From Actinomycetota bacterium (GTDB lineage: Bacteria > Actinomycetota > UBA4738 > CALAEC01), in NCBI GenBank assembly GCA_050692915.1, contig JBOGVU010000003.1:1588-65587 (forward strand): a stretch of 64,000 nucleotides of DNA. The letters run 5' to 3'. The translations under genes and the position numbers were made by a program. The notes beneath the pieces were generated by a model, which was not told where the DNA came from, made no database searches, and saw nothing but the letters and a program-made list of their open reading frames with translations. Shown here in pieces: positions 28,676 through 37,610 of this stretch; the stretch's first letter is position 1, and every line of letters starts with the position of its first letter.

Positions 28676-29347
28676 CTACGTCGACTCGCCCATCAGGGCG
28701 GCCCGGAGACGGTCTTCCGCCTCCTGGGTGGCGATGGCCAAGATCTCGTCCCCCGCAACGAGCTGGGTCTCCGGCTGGGGGATGACCACGTGGCCGCGGC
28801 GGAGGATGGCCACGATGGCCGAGTCCGGCGGAAGCCGAAGCTCGTAGAGAGGCCGGCCGGCGACCGGCGCGGTCTCGTCGATGGTGAGCTCGACGAGCGT
28901 GACCTGTCCCCGTTCGAGCTTCAGGAGGCGGACCAGGTCGCCCACGGTGACGGCCTCCTCCACGAGGGCGGTGAGGACGTGGGGCGGGCTCATCGGCACG
29001 TCCACGCCCCAAGCCTCCGTGAACAGCCACTCGTTCTTGGGGTGGTTGACCCTGGCCACCACATGCGGCACGCCGTACTCCTGCTTCGACAGGAGCGAGA
29101 TCACCAGGTTGTCCTCGTCGTCGCCGGTGGCCGCGACCATCACGTCGCAGGTGCGGACCTCGGCCTTGTCCAGGACCCACGGCTCGCACGCGTCGCCGAG
29201 GATGAAGCTGACCCCGGGCGCGTCCTCCTGGGCGCGGTCGACCACGGCGGTGTCCTGCTCGATCACCGTGACCTGGTGGCCACGCTCGTTGAGGTCGTTG
29301 GCCAGGTGCCGTCCGATGTTCCCGGCTCCGGCGACGACGATCCTCAC
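28676..29347 (-). CDS. trkA: Trk-system K+ uptake regulatory protein TrkA (RCK_N + RCK_C; CeoC-like)
   Basis: GTG start at VRIVVAGAGNIGRHLA (Rossmann GxGxxG). C-terminal RCK_C region. Confidence 0.85.
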   Translation of the reverse strand: MRIVVAGAGNIGRHLANDLNERGHQVTVIEQDTAVVDRAQEDAPGVSFILGDACEPWVLDKAEVRTCDVMVAATGDDEDNLVISLLSKQEYGVPHVVARVNHPKNEWLFTEAWGVDVPMSPPHVLTALVEEAVTVGDLVRLLKLERGQVTLVELTIDETAPVAGRPLYELRLPPDSAIVAILRRGHVVIPQPETQLVAGDEILAIATQEAEDRLRAALMGEST

Positions 29348-29351
29348 GCCC

Positions 29352-30008
29352 TCACTCCGCCGCGGGCTCCAGGAGGAGGTCGAACTTCTCCGTGGCGTCC
29401 TTGTGCACCACGAAGTGGGCCACGTCGCCCTCCTTGAACGTCGAGTCATCCTTCGGGATGAAGCCGGTCCCGCCACGCTCCACCCCGATCACCTCGACCT
29501 CGCCGTCGGACGTGACCGAGGAGATCTTCTTCCCGACGAGGTGGTCGGGGAGCTCGACCTGGAGGTGGAGGAGGAACCCGCCGGCCAGGGAGTCGCGCAT
29601 CGTCTCCCGGCCGTGGAACAGGAGGTACTGCACCTGCTTGGCCGCCCACCGGACGCTGGCCACCGTGGGGATGTCGAGCTTCTCGTAGATGTCGGCCCGG
29701 CGGGGGTCGTAGATCCTGGCGATGACCTTGGGCACCTTGAAGTGCTCCCGGGCCACGCGGGCCGAGACGATGTTCGAGTTGTCACCGTTCGACACGGCGA
29801 TGAACGCGTCGGCCTCCCTGATCCCCGCTTCCTCCAGCACCTCGCGGTCGAACCCCAGGCCCACGACCATCTTGGCGTCGAAACCGGGAGGGAGACGATC
29901 GAAGGCCTCCTTCCGCTTGTCGACGATGGACACCGTGTGCCCGGCCTTGCCCAGCTGGATCGTGAGCTCCGCGCCGACCCGGCCGCACCCCATGATCACG
30001 AAATGCAC
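29352..30008 (-). CDS. trkA: Trk-system K+ uptake regulatory protein TrkA (CeoB-like)
   Basis: GTG start at VHFVIMGCGRVGAEL. RCK_N and RCK_C regions. Confidence 0.85.
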   Translation of the reverse strand: MHFVIMGCGRVGAELTIQLGKAGHTVSIVDKRKEAFDRLPPGFDAKMVVGLGFDREVLEEAGIREADAFIAVSNGDNSNIVSARVAREHFKVPKVIARIYDPRRADIYEKLDIPTVASVRWAAKQVQYLLFHGRETMRDSLAGGFLLHLQVELPDHLVGKKISSVTSDGEVEVIGVERGGTGFIPKDDSTFKEGDVAHFVVHKDATEKFDLLLEPAAE

Positions 30009-30095
30009 GGGGGACAGGGTAGCGTGACCCGCCCGGGAGCCCAAGCCCTCGGCCCGGGATCCCGCCGGTCGGAGGGGCCCCGGACCCGTGCCAGA

Positions 30096-32390
30096 ATGCC
30101 GCCTATGGCCTCGGTGGGGACCATCGTCAAGCGGGTGCTCGTGGGGCGACAGGTGGCCTCATCCCGCCTGGAGCACACCCTCCTGCCCAAGGTCCTGGCG
30201 CTGCCGGTCTTCTCCTCGGACCCGCTCTCCTCGGTGGCCTACGCCACCGAGGAGATGATGATCGTCCTGGCCGTGGCAGGCGTGGGGGCGTTCAGCCTGA
30301 TGCTCCCGATCGCCTCGGTCATCGCCGTGGTGCTGGCCATCGTCATCACCTCGTACCGGCAGACGGTCCGGGCCTACCCACAGGGAGGAGGCTCGTACAT
30401 CGTGGCCCGCGAGAACCTGGGGACGATCCCGGGCCTGATCGCCGCGTCGGCGATCCTGCAGGACTACGTGCTCACGGTGGCGGTGAGCATCACCGCGGGG
30501 ACCGTCGCCATCGTCTCCGCCGCCCCCGGGCTCGTCGACCAGCGGGTCCCTATCGCCCTCGCCCTGATCACGTTCATCGCCCTAGTGAACCTCCGGGGGG
30601 TGCGCGAGGCGGGGACCCTATTCGCCGTCCCCACGTACGGGTTCGTGGCCTGCGTGTTCGTCACCCTGATCGTCGGGCTCGTCCAATGCCTGGACGGGTG
30701 CCGCATGGCGGCCAGCGCGGACGAGGTGATCCACGCGGAGGGAGCGCTGGCGCTCTTCCTGGTCCTGAGGGCGTTCGCCTCGGGCTCCACCGCGCTCACG
30801 GGCGTCGAGGCGATCGCCGACGGCGTCCAGGCGTTCCGGCGGCCTCAGTCCAGGAACGCCGCCGCCACCCTGGCCGTGATGGGGGTGATGTCGATCAGCA
30901 TGTTCCTGGGCATCACCTTCCTGGCCCGGGCCCTCCACGTGCGGGTGGCCGAGCACCTGGCTGGCGTGAAGTCGGTGCTGGCCCAGATCGGGGAGTCGGT
31001 GTTCGGCGGCGGGTTGATGTTCTACGTCCTCCAGGTGTTCACCGCGCTGATCCTGATCCTGGCCGCGAACACCGCCTACCAGGACTTCCCCAGGCTCTCC
31101 GCGATCCTGGCCCGCGACAGGTTCATGCCCAGCCAGTTCCGTAACCGCGGGGACCGGCTGGTCTTCTCCAACGGCATCGTGGTGCTCTCGGGCCTGGCGA
31201 TGCTGCTGGTGTGGATCTTCGACGCCGATCTCACCAGCCTGATCCAGCTGTACGTGGTGGGCGTGTTCACTGCCTTCACCCTCTCCCAGGCGGGGATGGT
31301 CCGTCGGTGGGTGAGGCTCGGGGAGCCTGGCTGGCGGCGGAGCGCCATCATCAACGGGATCGGGGCGACCGCCACCGGCGTCGTCCTGGTCATCGTGGCG
31401 GTCACGAAGTTCGCGGGCGGCGCCTGGATCGTGATCTCCGCCATGCCGGTCATCGTCACATTCTTCCTCCTCATACACCGCCACTACACGCGCGTGGCAC
31501 ACGATCTCGATCGGGGCGCCGTGCGCTTCGGCGAGACCGGTGAGAACCACGTGGTTCTCGTGATGAAGACGTTCGACGCGTCTACCGTGGAGGCCCTCGG
31601 CTACGTCCGCTCGCTTCGGCCGGCCAGCCTCGTGGCTCTCTACGTGGGTGACGAGCAGCTCGACGATGCCCAGGCCCGATGGTCCGAGATCGCCAGAGAG
31701 GCTCCGCCCCTGATCGCCCCGGGCCCCGGCCACCCCGTCGACGCCGTGATCCATCACATCCGGGGCATCCGCAGGGCGCCGCGGGACTTCATCACTGTGG
31801 TCATCCCCGAGCTGTTCCGGAGCCGCTCTTTGCTGGGCGCGGTGATGATGCCGGTGACGTTCCGCCTGAAGGTGCGCTTGCTCCGGGAGCCACAGGTCGT
31901 CATCACGGACGTCCCGGTGCTCGAGGAGGAGGGGCGCCCCGAGGGGGTGGACGTCCGTCCACTGATCCCCGAGCGGGTCGAGGCCCTGGTGTTCGTGGCC
32001 TCGCCACACGACGCAGCCGTGCGGGCCCTGAACTACGCGGAGTCCATGAACGCCCACGCGACCAGGGCAGTGTTCCTGGCCACGGAGCCCGAGGAGGCCC
32101 CGGAGGTCCTCCGCCGGTGGGCGGAGCGGGGGATCGGGGTGCGGCTCGACGTGGTGGAGGCCCCGTTCCGCGACCTGGGCCCGCCCCTGCTCGAGGAGGT
32201 TCGCCGCGTCACCGCGGACCCCGGGACCGTGGCCGTGGTCATCATCCCCGAGTTCCTGGTCACCAGGTGGTGGCATCGCCTCCTGCACAACAACAGGGCC
32301 CTGTTCATCAAGCGCCAGCTGCTTTTCGAGCCGCGGGTGATCCTGTCGAGCGTCCCGTACCAGCTGGGAGGTCCGAATGAATCGAGATGA
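30096..32390 (+). CDS. APC-superfamily permease with a ~320-aa cytoplasmic C-terminal domain (M. tuberculosis Rv2690c-like; candidate K+ transporter)
   Basis: 764 aa, the real part of the fused track ORF 28881..32390. Starts MPPMASVGTIVKRVLVGRQVASSRLEHTLLPKVLALPVFSSDPLSSVAYATEEMM. About 12 TMs, then a soluble tail with two repeated alpha/beta modules. Confidence 0.75.
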   Translation: MPPMASVGTIVKRVLVGRQVASSRLEHTLLPKVLALPVFSSDPLSSVAYATEEMMIVLAVAGVGAFSLMLPIASVIAVVLAIVITSYRQTVRAYPQGGGSYIVARENLGTIPGLIAASAILQDYVLTVAVSITAGTVAIVSAAPGLVDQRVPIALALITFIALVNLRGVREAGTLFAVPTYGFVACVFVTLIVGLVQCLDGCRMAASADEVIHAEGALALFLVLRAFASGSTALTGVEAIADGVQAFRRPQSRNAAATLAVMGVMSISMFLGITFLARALHVRVAEHLAGVKSVLAQIGESVFGGGLMFYVLQVFTALILILAANTAYQDFPRLSAILARDRFMPSQFRNRGDRLVFSNGIVVLSGLAMLLVWIFDADLTSLIQLYVVGVFTAFTLSQAGMVRRWVRLGEPGWRRSAIINGIGATATGVVLVIVAVTKFAGGAWIVISAMPVIVTFFLLIHRHYTRVAHDLDRGAVRFGETGENHVVLVMKTFDASTVEALGYVRSLRPASLVALYVGDEQLDDAQARWSEIAREAPPLIAPGPGHPVDAVIHHIRGIRRAPRDFITVVIPELFRSRSLLGAVMMPVTFRLKVRLLREPQVVITDVPVLEEEGRPEGVDVRPLIPERVEALVFVASPHDAAVRALNYAESMNAHATRAVFLATEPEEAPEVLRRWAERGIGVRLDVVEAPFRDLGPPLLEEVRRVTADPGTVAVVIIPEFLVTRWWHRLLHNNRALFIKRQLLFEPRVILSSVPYQLGGPNESR

Positions 32391-32928
32391 AGCGGTGGCC
32401 TTCGTCCGGGGGAAGGCGGAGAAAGAGACGACCGTGCGCCATCTGATCAGCGTCGAGGGGGTGATGCGTCGGCTGGCCCGGCACTTCGGCGAGGACGAGG
32501 ATATGTGGGGCCTGACCGGCCTGTTCCACGACCTCGACCAGGATCAGACGCACGAGGACCCCGAGAGGCACGCCAACCTGGCCGCCGAGTGGCTCCGCGA
32601 GGCGGGGGTCGACGATGGGATCGTGAACGGCGTGCTGGCGCACGCTCACGAGCGCTACCGGACCGACCGGATGTCGCAAGCGGTCGTGCACGCCGACGCG
32701 GTGGCGGGGCTCCTCGTGGCCGCGGCACTGGTTCGCCCGGAGAAGGCGAACGGGATGAAGGTGTCCTCGGTGCGGAAGAAGCTGAAGGACAAGGCGTTCG
32801 CTCCCGGCGTGAACAGAGAGGAGATCACCGAGGCTGAGGACCGCCTCGGCCTGGAGCTGGAGGAGTTCCTGGCGCTCGGTATCGAGGGGCTCCAGTCTGT
32901 GGCGGCGGAGATCGACCTGGCGCCCTGA
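32377..32928 (+). CDS. HD-domain metal-dependent phosphohydrolase (COG2316-like)
   Basis: H...GLFHDLD (His...HD metal motif) ... AHAHER ... VVHADAV. Its first 14 nt overlap the end of the permease gene. Confidence 0.7.
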   Translation: MNRDEAVAFVRGKAEKETTVRHLISVEGVMRRLARHFGEDEDMWGLTGLFHDLDQDQTHEDPERHANLAAEWLREAGVDDGIVNGVLAHAHERYRTDRMSQAVVHADAVAGLLVAAALVRPEKANGMKVSSVRKKLKDKAFAPGVNREEITEAEDRLGLELEEFLALGIEGLQSVAAEIDLAP

Positions 32929-32931
32929 TCC

Positions 32932-33624
32932 TCAGTCCGGCTCGGGATCGGGGCGCCAGCGGTAGCCGAGGCCGGGCTCGGTGACGACGAAACGAGGGCG
33001 GCTCGGATCGTCCGCGAGTTTGCGGCGGAGGGCTCGAACGTAGATCCGGACGTAGTGCGTCTCGGCGAGGTACCCGGGACCCCACACCTTTGTCAGGAGC
33101 CACCGATGGGTGAGCAGCTTCCCGGGGTTCGTGACGAAGGCCTCCAGGAGTCGCAGCTCGGTGGGCGTGAGCCGGACGTCCGTGCCGTCCAGGGTGACCA
33201 GGCGACGGGACAAGTCGACCTCGAGCTCGCCGAACCGAAGGCGAGGCGCGGGCGGCTCCGGGTGGGCCCGCCGCTCCACGGCGCGCATCCTGGCCAGGAG
33301 CTCGCCCATGGAGAACGGCTTCGTGACGTAGTCGTCGGCGCCGGCATCGAGGGCCTCGATCTTGTCCTGCTGGGCATCGCGGACGGACAGCACCAGGATC
33401 GGCACGTCGGTGAAGGCCCGCAGTCGGCGGATCACCTCGTGGCCGTCGATGCCCGGAAGGCTGAGGTCCAGGATCACCAGGTCGAAGGCCGCGCCCCCCG
33501 CCGCGTCGAGAGCGGTCTCCCCGTTCCCCGCGGTGGCGACCTCGTAGCCCCGTCCCCGGAGGTTGGTCCGGACGGCCCGGAGGATCTGCGGGTCGTCGTC
33601 GACGACGAGGATCCGCTGACTCAA
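32932..33624 (-). CDS. OmpR-family response regulator, KdpE-like
   Basis: LSQRILVVDDDPQILRAV...DLVILDLSLPGIDG...KPF receiver domain plus a winged-helix output domain. The TTG start overlaps the kinase TGA as TTGA, with a GGAGG RBS. Upstream part of the track ORF is an artefact. Confidence 0.85.
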   Translation of the reverse strand: MSQRILVVDDDPQILRAVRTNLRGRGYEVATAGNGETALDAAGGAAFDLVILDLSLPGIDGHEVIRRLRAFTDVPILVLSVRDAQQDKIEALDAGADDYVTKPFSMGELLARMRAVERRAHPEPPAPRLRFGELEVDLSRRLVTLDGTDVRLTPTELRLLEAFVTNPGKLLTHRWLLTKVWGPGYLAETHYVRIYVRALRRKLADDPSRPRFVVTEPGLGYRWRPDPEPD

Positions 33625-35075
33625 TCTCGGCCTCCGAGCGGCAGCCGGAGGATCACCGCGGTTCCCCCACCCGGCGCCTCCTCGATCCGGATGGTCCCCC
33701 CGTGGGCGGTCACGACCGCGTGGGCGATGGCCAGGCCGAGCCCGGTGGCCGAGCCCTCCCGGTCCCCCCGGGCGAAGGGCTCGAACGCGGAGGCCCGGTC
33801 CTCGGGGGGGATCCCGGGGCCCTGATCCGCGATTCGGACCTGGACGGTGTCCTCCCACCGAGCCGCCTGCACCAGGATCCGGGAACCGGAGGGGCTGAAC
33901 TTCGCCGCGTTCTCGAGGATGTTCGTGAGCGCCTGATCCACCTGCACCACATCCATCCGGACCTCGGGCAGGTCATCGCGGAGACGCAGGTCCACCGTGT
34001 GGCCCTGAAGGACCGGCTCCATCCGCCCGACGACCCCTTCGATCAGCTCGTCGACCGCCGCCGGCCGCTTCGAGGGGGTGAGGGCGCCGGCGCGGAGGCG
34101 CGAAAGGTCCAGGAGGTTCCCCACCAGCCGGTTGAGGCGGTCCGCCTCCTGCCGGATCGTCTCCAGGAGGTCGCGCCGCTCGTCGGCACTGAACTCGGCC
34201 TCGCGGTCGAGGAGGCCGGTCACCGAGGCGGTGATGGAGGCGAGCGGCGTCCGGAGGTCGTGCGTCACGGACTGGAGCAGGGCCGCCCGGAGACGGCTTC
34301 GCTCCGCATCGACCTGGGCGTCCCGGGCCAGGCCGGCGAGCCGCGTCCCCTCGAGGGCCAGGGCCAGCTGCGCGGCGAACGTCTTGATGAGGTGTCGTTC
34401 GCCGTCGCCCAGTGGCTCGCCGTTCGACCCTTGGTACGTGCGGATCGAGCCGATGCGATCGTCGCCGACGACGATGGGGAACTCCTCTGGAGGCGCGGGA
34501 CCTGGAGAGCGTCCCACTCGGGCCACGACCTCCCCGTCCCGATCCATGCGCACCTCATACGCGGCGACGCCGGTCGATCGAACCAGGGCCCGTCCGAATA
34601 TCTTCAGCACGGTCTCGGTGGACTCGCCGGAGATGAGCCGGGTGCCGAGGTACTGCAGAAGCCGAGCTTCATGCTCGCGGCGCTCGGCTCGGCGCCGCTG
34701 GGCCGTGACCCGGGAGACCAGCGCCCCCACCACCGCGGCCACGAGGAGGAACACCACGAGGGCCACGAGATCCTCGGTCTTCCCCACGGTGAACGTCCCC
34801 ACCGGTGGGGTGAAGAAGAAGTTCAGTGCCAGGAACGAGAGGATCGATGCAACCAAGCCGGCCTGGTACCCACCGACCAGGACGGACGCGGTGACCGCAA
34901 GCACGAAGGCGAGCGCGGCCGTGGCCGACGTGACTCGGAACGGCAGTGCCGCCATCGCCGTGACCAGCCCGGGGAGGCCCACAGCGGGCCCCCAGACCCG
35001 GATCCAGTACGGCCAGCCGTCCGGGACGTACCTCCGCACGCCCCCAGTTTCGGCGCACTCCTGCCCGACCGCCAC
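33621..35075 (-). CDS. sensor histidine kinase resembling the C-terminal half of KdpD (TM/DUF4118-like + GAF-like + HisKA + HATPase); no N-terminal Kdp/Usp domains
   Basis: H-box SVTHDLRTPL, N-box NILENAAKFS, G-boxes DQGPGIP and GTGLGLAI. Four N-terminal TM helices. Confidence 0.8.
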   Translation of the reverse strand: MAVGQECAETGGVRRYVPDGWPYWIRVWGPAVGLPGLVTAMAALPFRVTSATAALAFVLAVTASVLVGGYQAGLVASILSFLALNFFFTPPVGTFTVGKTEDLVALVVFLLVAAVVGALVSRVTAQRRRAERREHEARLLQYLGTRLISGESTETVLKIFGRALVRSTGVAAYEVRMDRDGEVVARVGRSPGPAPPEEFPIVVGDDRIGSIRTYQGSNGEPLGDGERHLIKTFAAQLALALEGTRLAGLARDAQVDAERSRLRAALLQSVTHDLRTPLASITASVTGLLDREAEFSADERRDLLETIRQEADRLNRLVGNLLDLSRLRAGALTPSKRPAAVDELIEGVVGRMEPVLQGHTVDLRLRDDLPEVRMDVVQVDQALTNILENAAKFSPSGSRILVQAARWEDTVQVRIADQGPGIPPEDRASAFEPFARGDREGSATGLGLAIAHAVVTAHGGTIRIEEAPGGGTAVILRLPLGGRD

Positions 35076-35080
35076 CGACG

Positions 35081-35134
35081 TTTACCGGATCCTTACGCCG
35101 GTCGGCTTCCTCTTGACCGCGCCTTTACCGGATC
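35081..35134. repeat. two exact 11-bp direct repeats TTTACCGGATC, 43 bp apart centre-to-centre, in the kdpD-like / APC-permease divergent intergenic region
   Basis: Exact copies at 35081–35091 and 35124–35134. OmpR/KdpE-type regulators bind direct repeats. Confidence 0.5.
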
Positions 35135-35184
35135 GAGCCGAGGCTACCGAGAGTGACGAGTGGCGCGATGACACGGGGGCCGGC

Positions 35185-35367
35185 GTGATCGTCGGCCTCC
35201 TGCTCGGGTTCATCCTCGGGCTGGCGGTCGCCCCTGCGCTCCGGTCATGGGTCCTGTGGCGGGAGTACGAGGAGGCTCGCAGCGAGGCCCGGCTGTACGA
35301 GGAGACCCTCCGGAGGATGCGGCCCGACGGGCCCGCTAGCGGATGGCCACGACCGGCTCGGTCCTGA
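35185..35367 (+). CDS. possible small single-TM protein ORF (60–84 aa)
   Basis: Tail of track ORF 34078..35367: ...GVIVGLLLGFILGLAVAPALRSWVLWREYEEARSEARLYEETLRRMRPDG. Candidate GTG start at 35185 or TTG at 35113. Overlaps the start of the APC paralog by 25 nt. Could be spurious. Confidence 0.2.
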   Translation: MIVGLLLGFILGLAVAPALRSWVLWREYEEARSEARLYEETLRRMRPDGPASGWPRPARS

Positions 35368-37610
35368 AGCGAGCGCTGGTCGGCCGGGCCCTGTCGTCCC
35401 GGAGCCTGGAGCATCAGCTGCTGCCGAAGACGCTCGCGCTTCCCGTCTTCTCCTCCGACCCTCTTTCCTCGAACGCCTACGCCACCGAGGAGATGATGTT
35501 GGTCCTGGTGCTGGCCGGCACCGGGGCGCTCAGCCTGATGCTCCCCCTCGCGGTCCTGATCGCCCTGGTGCTGGCGATCGTGGTCACCTCGTACCGGCAG
35601 ACCGTCCGGGCCTATCCTTCCGGGGGCGGCTCCTACATCGTGGCCCACGAGAACCTCGGCAGGCTCCCGGGGGTGATCGCCGCCTCCGCGCTCCTCAGCG
35701 ACTACGTCCTCACGGTCTCCGTGAGTATCGCCGCGGGCGTCCTGGCCATCACCTCTGCAGCCCCGTCCCTGGCGCAGAACAAGGTGGCCCTGTCGCTGGG
35801 CTTCATCGCCCTGGTAGCGACGGCCAACCTCCGGGGGGTGAAGGAGGCCGGGACGCTTTTCGCCCTTCCCACGTACGGGTTCGTGATCACCGTGTACGTC
35901 CTTCTGGTGACCGGGCTGGTGGAATGCCTGAACGGGTGTCCGAGGGCGGCCACCGCTGACCTGCCGATCGAGGAGGCCGAGGCTCTGACCCTGTTCCTGA
36001 TCCTTCGGGCGTTCGCTTCAGGTTCGACCGCACTAACCGGCGTCGAGGCCATCTCGAACGGCGTCCAAGCGTTCCGGAGGCCTCAGTCCCGAAACGCGGC
36101 GACCACGCTGACGATGATGGCCACGATGACGATCGGCATGTTCCTCGGCATCACGGCGCTGGCCCGCGCCATCCACGTCCGGACGAACGAGGAGATCGCC
36201 CTGTCGAGGTCGGTGCTCTCCCAGATCGGGGAGACGGTGTTCGGCGGCGATGCTCTCATGTACTACGTGCTCCAGGCGTTCACCGCCGGGATCCTGATCC
36301 TGGCGGCGAACACCGCGTACCAGGACTTTCCGCGGCTCTCGGCCATCCTGGCTCGAGACCGCTTCATGCCCCGCCAGCTCATCAACCGCGGGGATCGACT
36401 GGTGTTCTCGAACGGGATCGTGGTCCTGTCGGTCCTGGCGGGGCTGCTGATCTGGGCCTTCGATGCGAACCTCACCCGGCTGATCCAGCTCTACCTCATC
36501 GGGGTGTTCACGGCATTCACGCTCTCGCAAGCGGGCATGGTCCGCCGGTGGCTGCGGCTCCGCGAGCCGGGGTGGAAGCGGAGCGCGGTCATAAACGGGG
36601 TCGGCGCGGCGGCCACTGGGATCGTTCTGATGATCATCACGATCACCAAGTTCCGGACCGGCGCGTGGATCGTCATCTCGGCCATGCCGGTGTTCATCCT
36701 CCTGATGCTGCTGGTGGAGCGGCACTACCGGTCGGTGGAGCACCAGCTTCGGCGGGGAACCGTCCGCATCGGAGACGTTGGCGCGAATAAGGTGGTGCTG
36801 GTCCTGACCGACATCGACGCCGCGGCCACCGAAGCGCTCGGGTACATCCGCTCTTTCCGGCCCGATGAGGCTCACGCGGTCTACGTGGGTACCCGACCTC
36901 GAGAGGAGGCCAGGGTCCTGTGGGACGGGGTGGCCCGAGGTGGGCCGGCGCTATCGTTCCCACATGGGGCTGGCGCGGTCGATGCGGTCCTGCGCTTCGT
37001 GCGGGCCATCCCCCGAGCGCAGAACGACTTCGTGACGGTGATCATCCCGGAGCTGTTCAGCAAGCGCTCGCTCCTGCAGGCGGTCCGACGGCCGGTGACG
37101 TTCCGGCTCAAGGTGCGCCTCCTCCGGGAGCCGGGGGTGGTGGTGACGGACGTGCCGGTGGTGCTCCAGGACGGGCAGCTCAACGACGATGCCAGGCCCC
37201 TGATCCCGGAACGGATCGTGGCCCTTGTGTTCGTGTCGAGCGCGCACGACGCCACGGTCCGGGCCGTGAACTACGCGCGCTCGCTCAGGGCCGCCGAGAC
37301 CAGGGCCGTGTCCGTGGCCCTCGATGAGGAAGAGGTCCCGGACCTCATGCGCCGCTGGGCGGAGCTCGGCATGGGGATCCCGCTCGATGTGGTCGAGGCC
37401 CCGTTCCGCGACCTGGGCCCGCCGGTCCTGGATGAGGTGCGACGAGTGACCCAGGATCCGGAGGCGGTGGCCGCGGTGGTGATGCCGGAGTTCGTGGTCC
37501 GCCGCTGGTGGCACCCCATCCTGCACAACAACCGGGCCCTGTTCATGAAGCAGCTGCTCCTGTTCGAGCCCCGGGTCATCCTGTCGAGCGTTCCGTTCCC
37601 CCTGGAGTGA
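35343..37610 (+). CDS. APC-superfamily permease paralog with large cytoplasmic C-terminal domain (Rv2690c-like)
   Basis: 755 aa. Begins MATTGSVLKRALVGRALSSRSLEHQLLPKTLALPVFSSDPLSSNAYATEEMM, closely parallel to the 30096..32390 protein over its full length. Confidence 0.75.
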   Translation: MATTGSVLKRALVGRALSSRSLEHQLLPKTLALPVFSSDPLSSNAYATEEMMLVLVLAGTGALSLMLPLAVLIALVLAIVVTSYRQTVRAYPSGGGSYIVAHENLGRLPGVIAASALLSDYVLTVSVSIAAGVLAITSAAPSLAQNKVALSLGFIALVATANLRGVKEAGTLFALPTYGFVITVYVLLVTGLVECLNGCPRAATADLPIEEAEALTLFLILRAFASGSTALTGVEAISNGVQAFRRPQSRNAATTLTMMATMTIGMFLGITALARAIHVRTNEEIALSRSVLSQIGETVFGGDALMYYVLQAFTAGILILAANTAYQDFPRLSAILARDRFMPRQLINRGDRLVFSNGIVVLSVLAGLLIWAFDANLTRLIQLYLIGVFTAFTLSQAGMVRRWLRLREPGWKRSAVINGVGAAATGIVLMIITITKFRTGAWIVISAMPVFILLMLLVERHYRSVEHQLRRGTVRIGDVGANKVVLVLTDIDAAATEALGYIRSFRPDEAHAVYVGTRPREEARVLWDGVARGGPALSFPHGAGAVDAVLRFVRAIPRAQNDFVTVIIPELFSKRSLLQAVRRPVTFRLKVRLLREPGVVVTDVPVVLQDGQLNDDARPLIPERIVALVFVSSAHDATVRAVNYARSLRAAETRAVSVALDEEEVPDLMRRWAELGMGIPLDVVEAPFRDLGPPVLDEVRRVTQDPEAVAAVVMPEFVVRRWWHPILHNNRALFMKQLLLFEPRVILSSVPFPLE

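Noticed and set aside
28881-32390. 1169-aa track ORF suggesting a giant fusion protein
   Set aside because: Its N-terminal 405 aa are antisense to the two trkA genes. The real gene starts at the ATG at 30096 (MPPMASVG...).
35082-35648. 188-aa minus-strand ORF across the kdpD-like / permease intergenic region
   Set aside because: Overlaps the permease start antisense and has low-complexity composition. The region is better explained by the direct repeats and a small plus-strand ORF.
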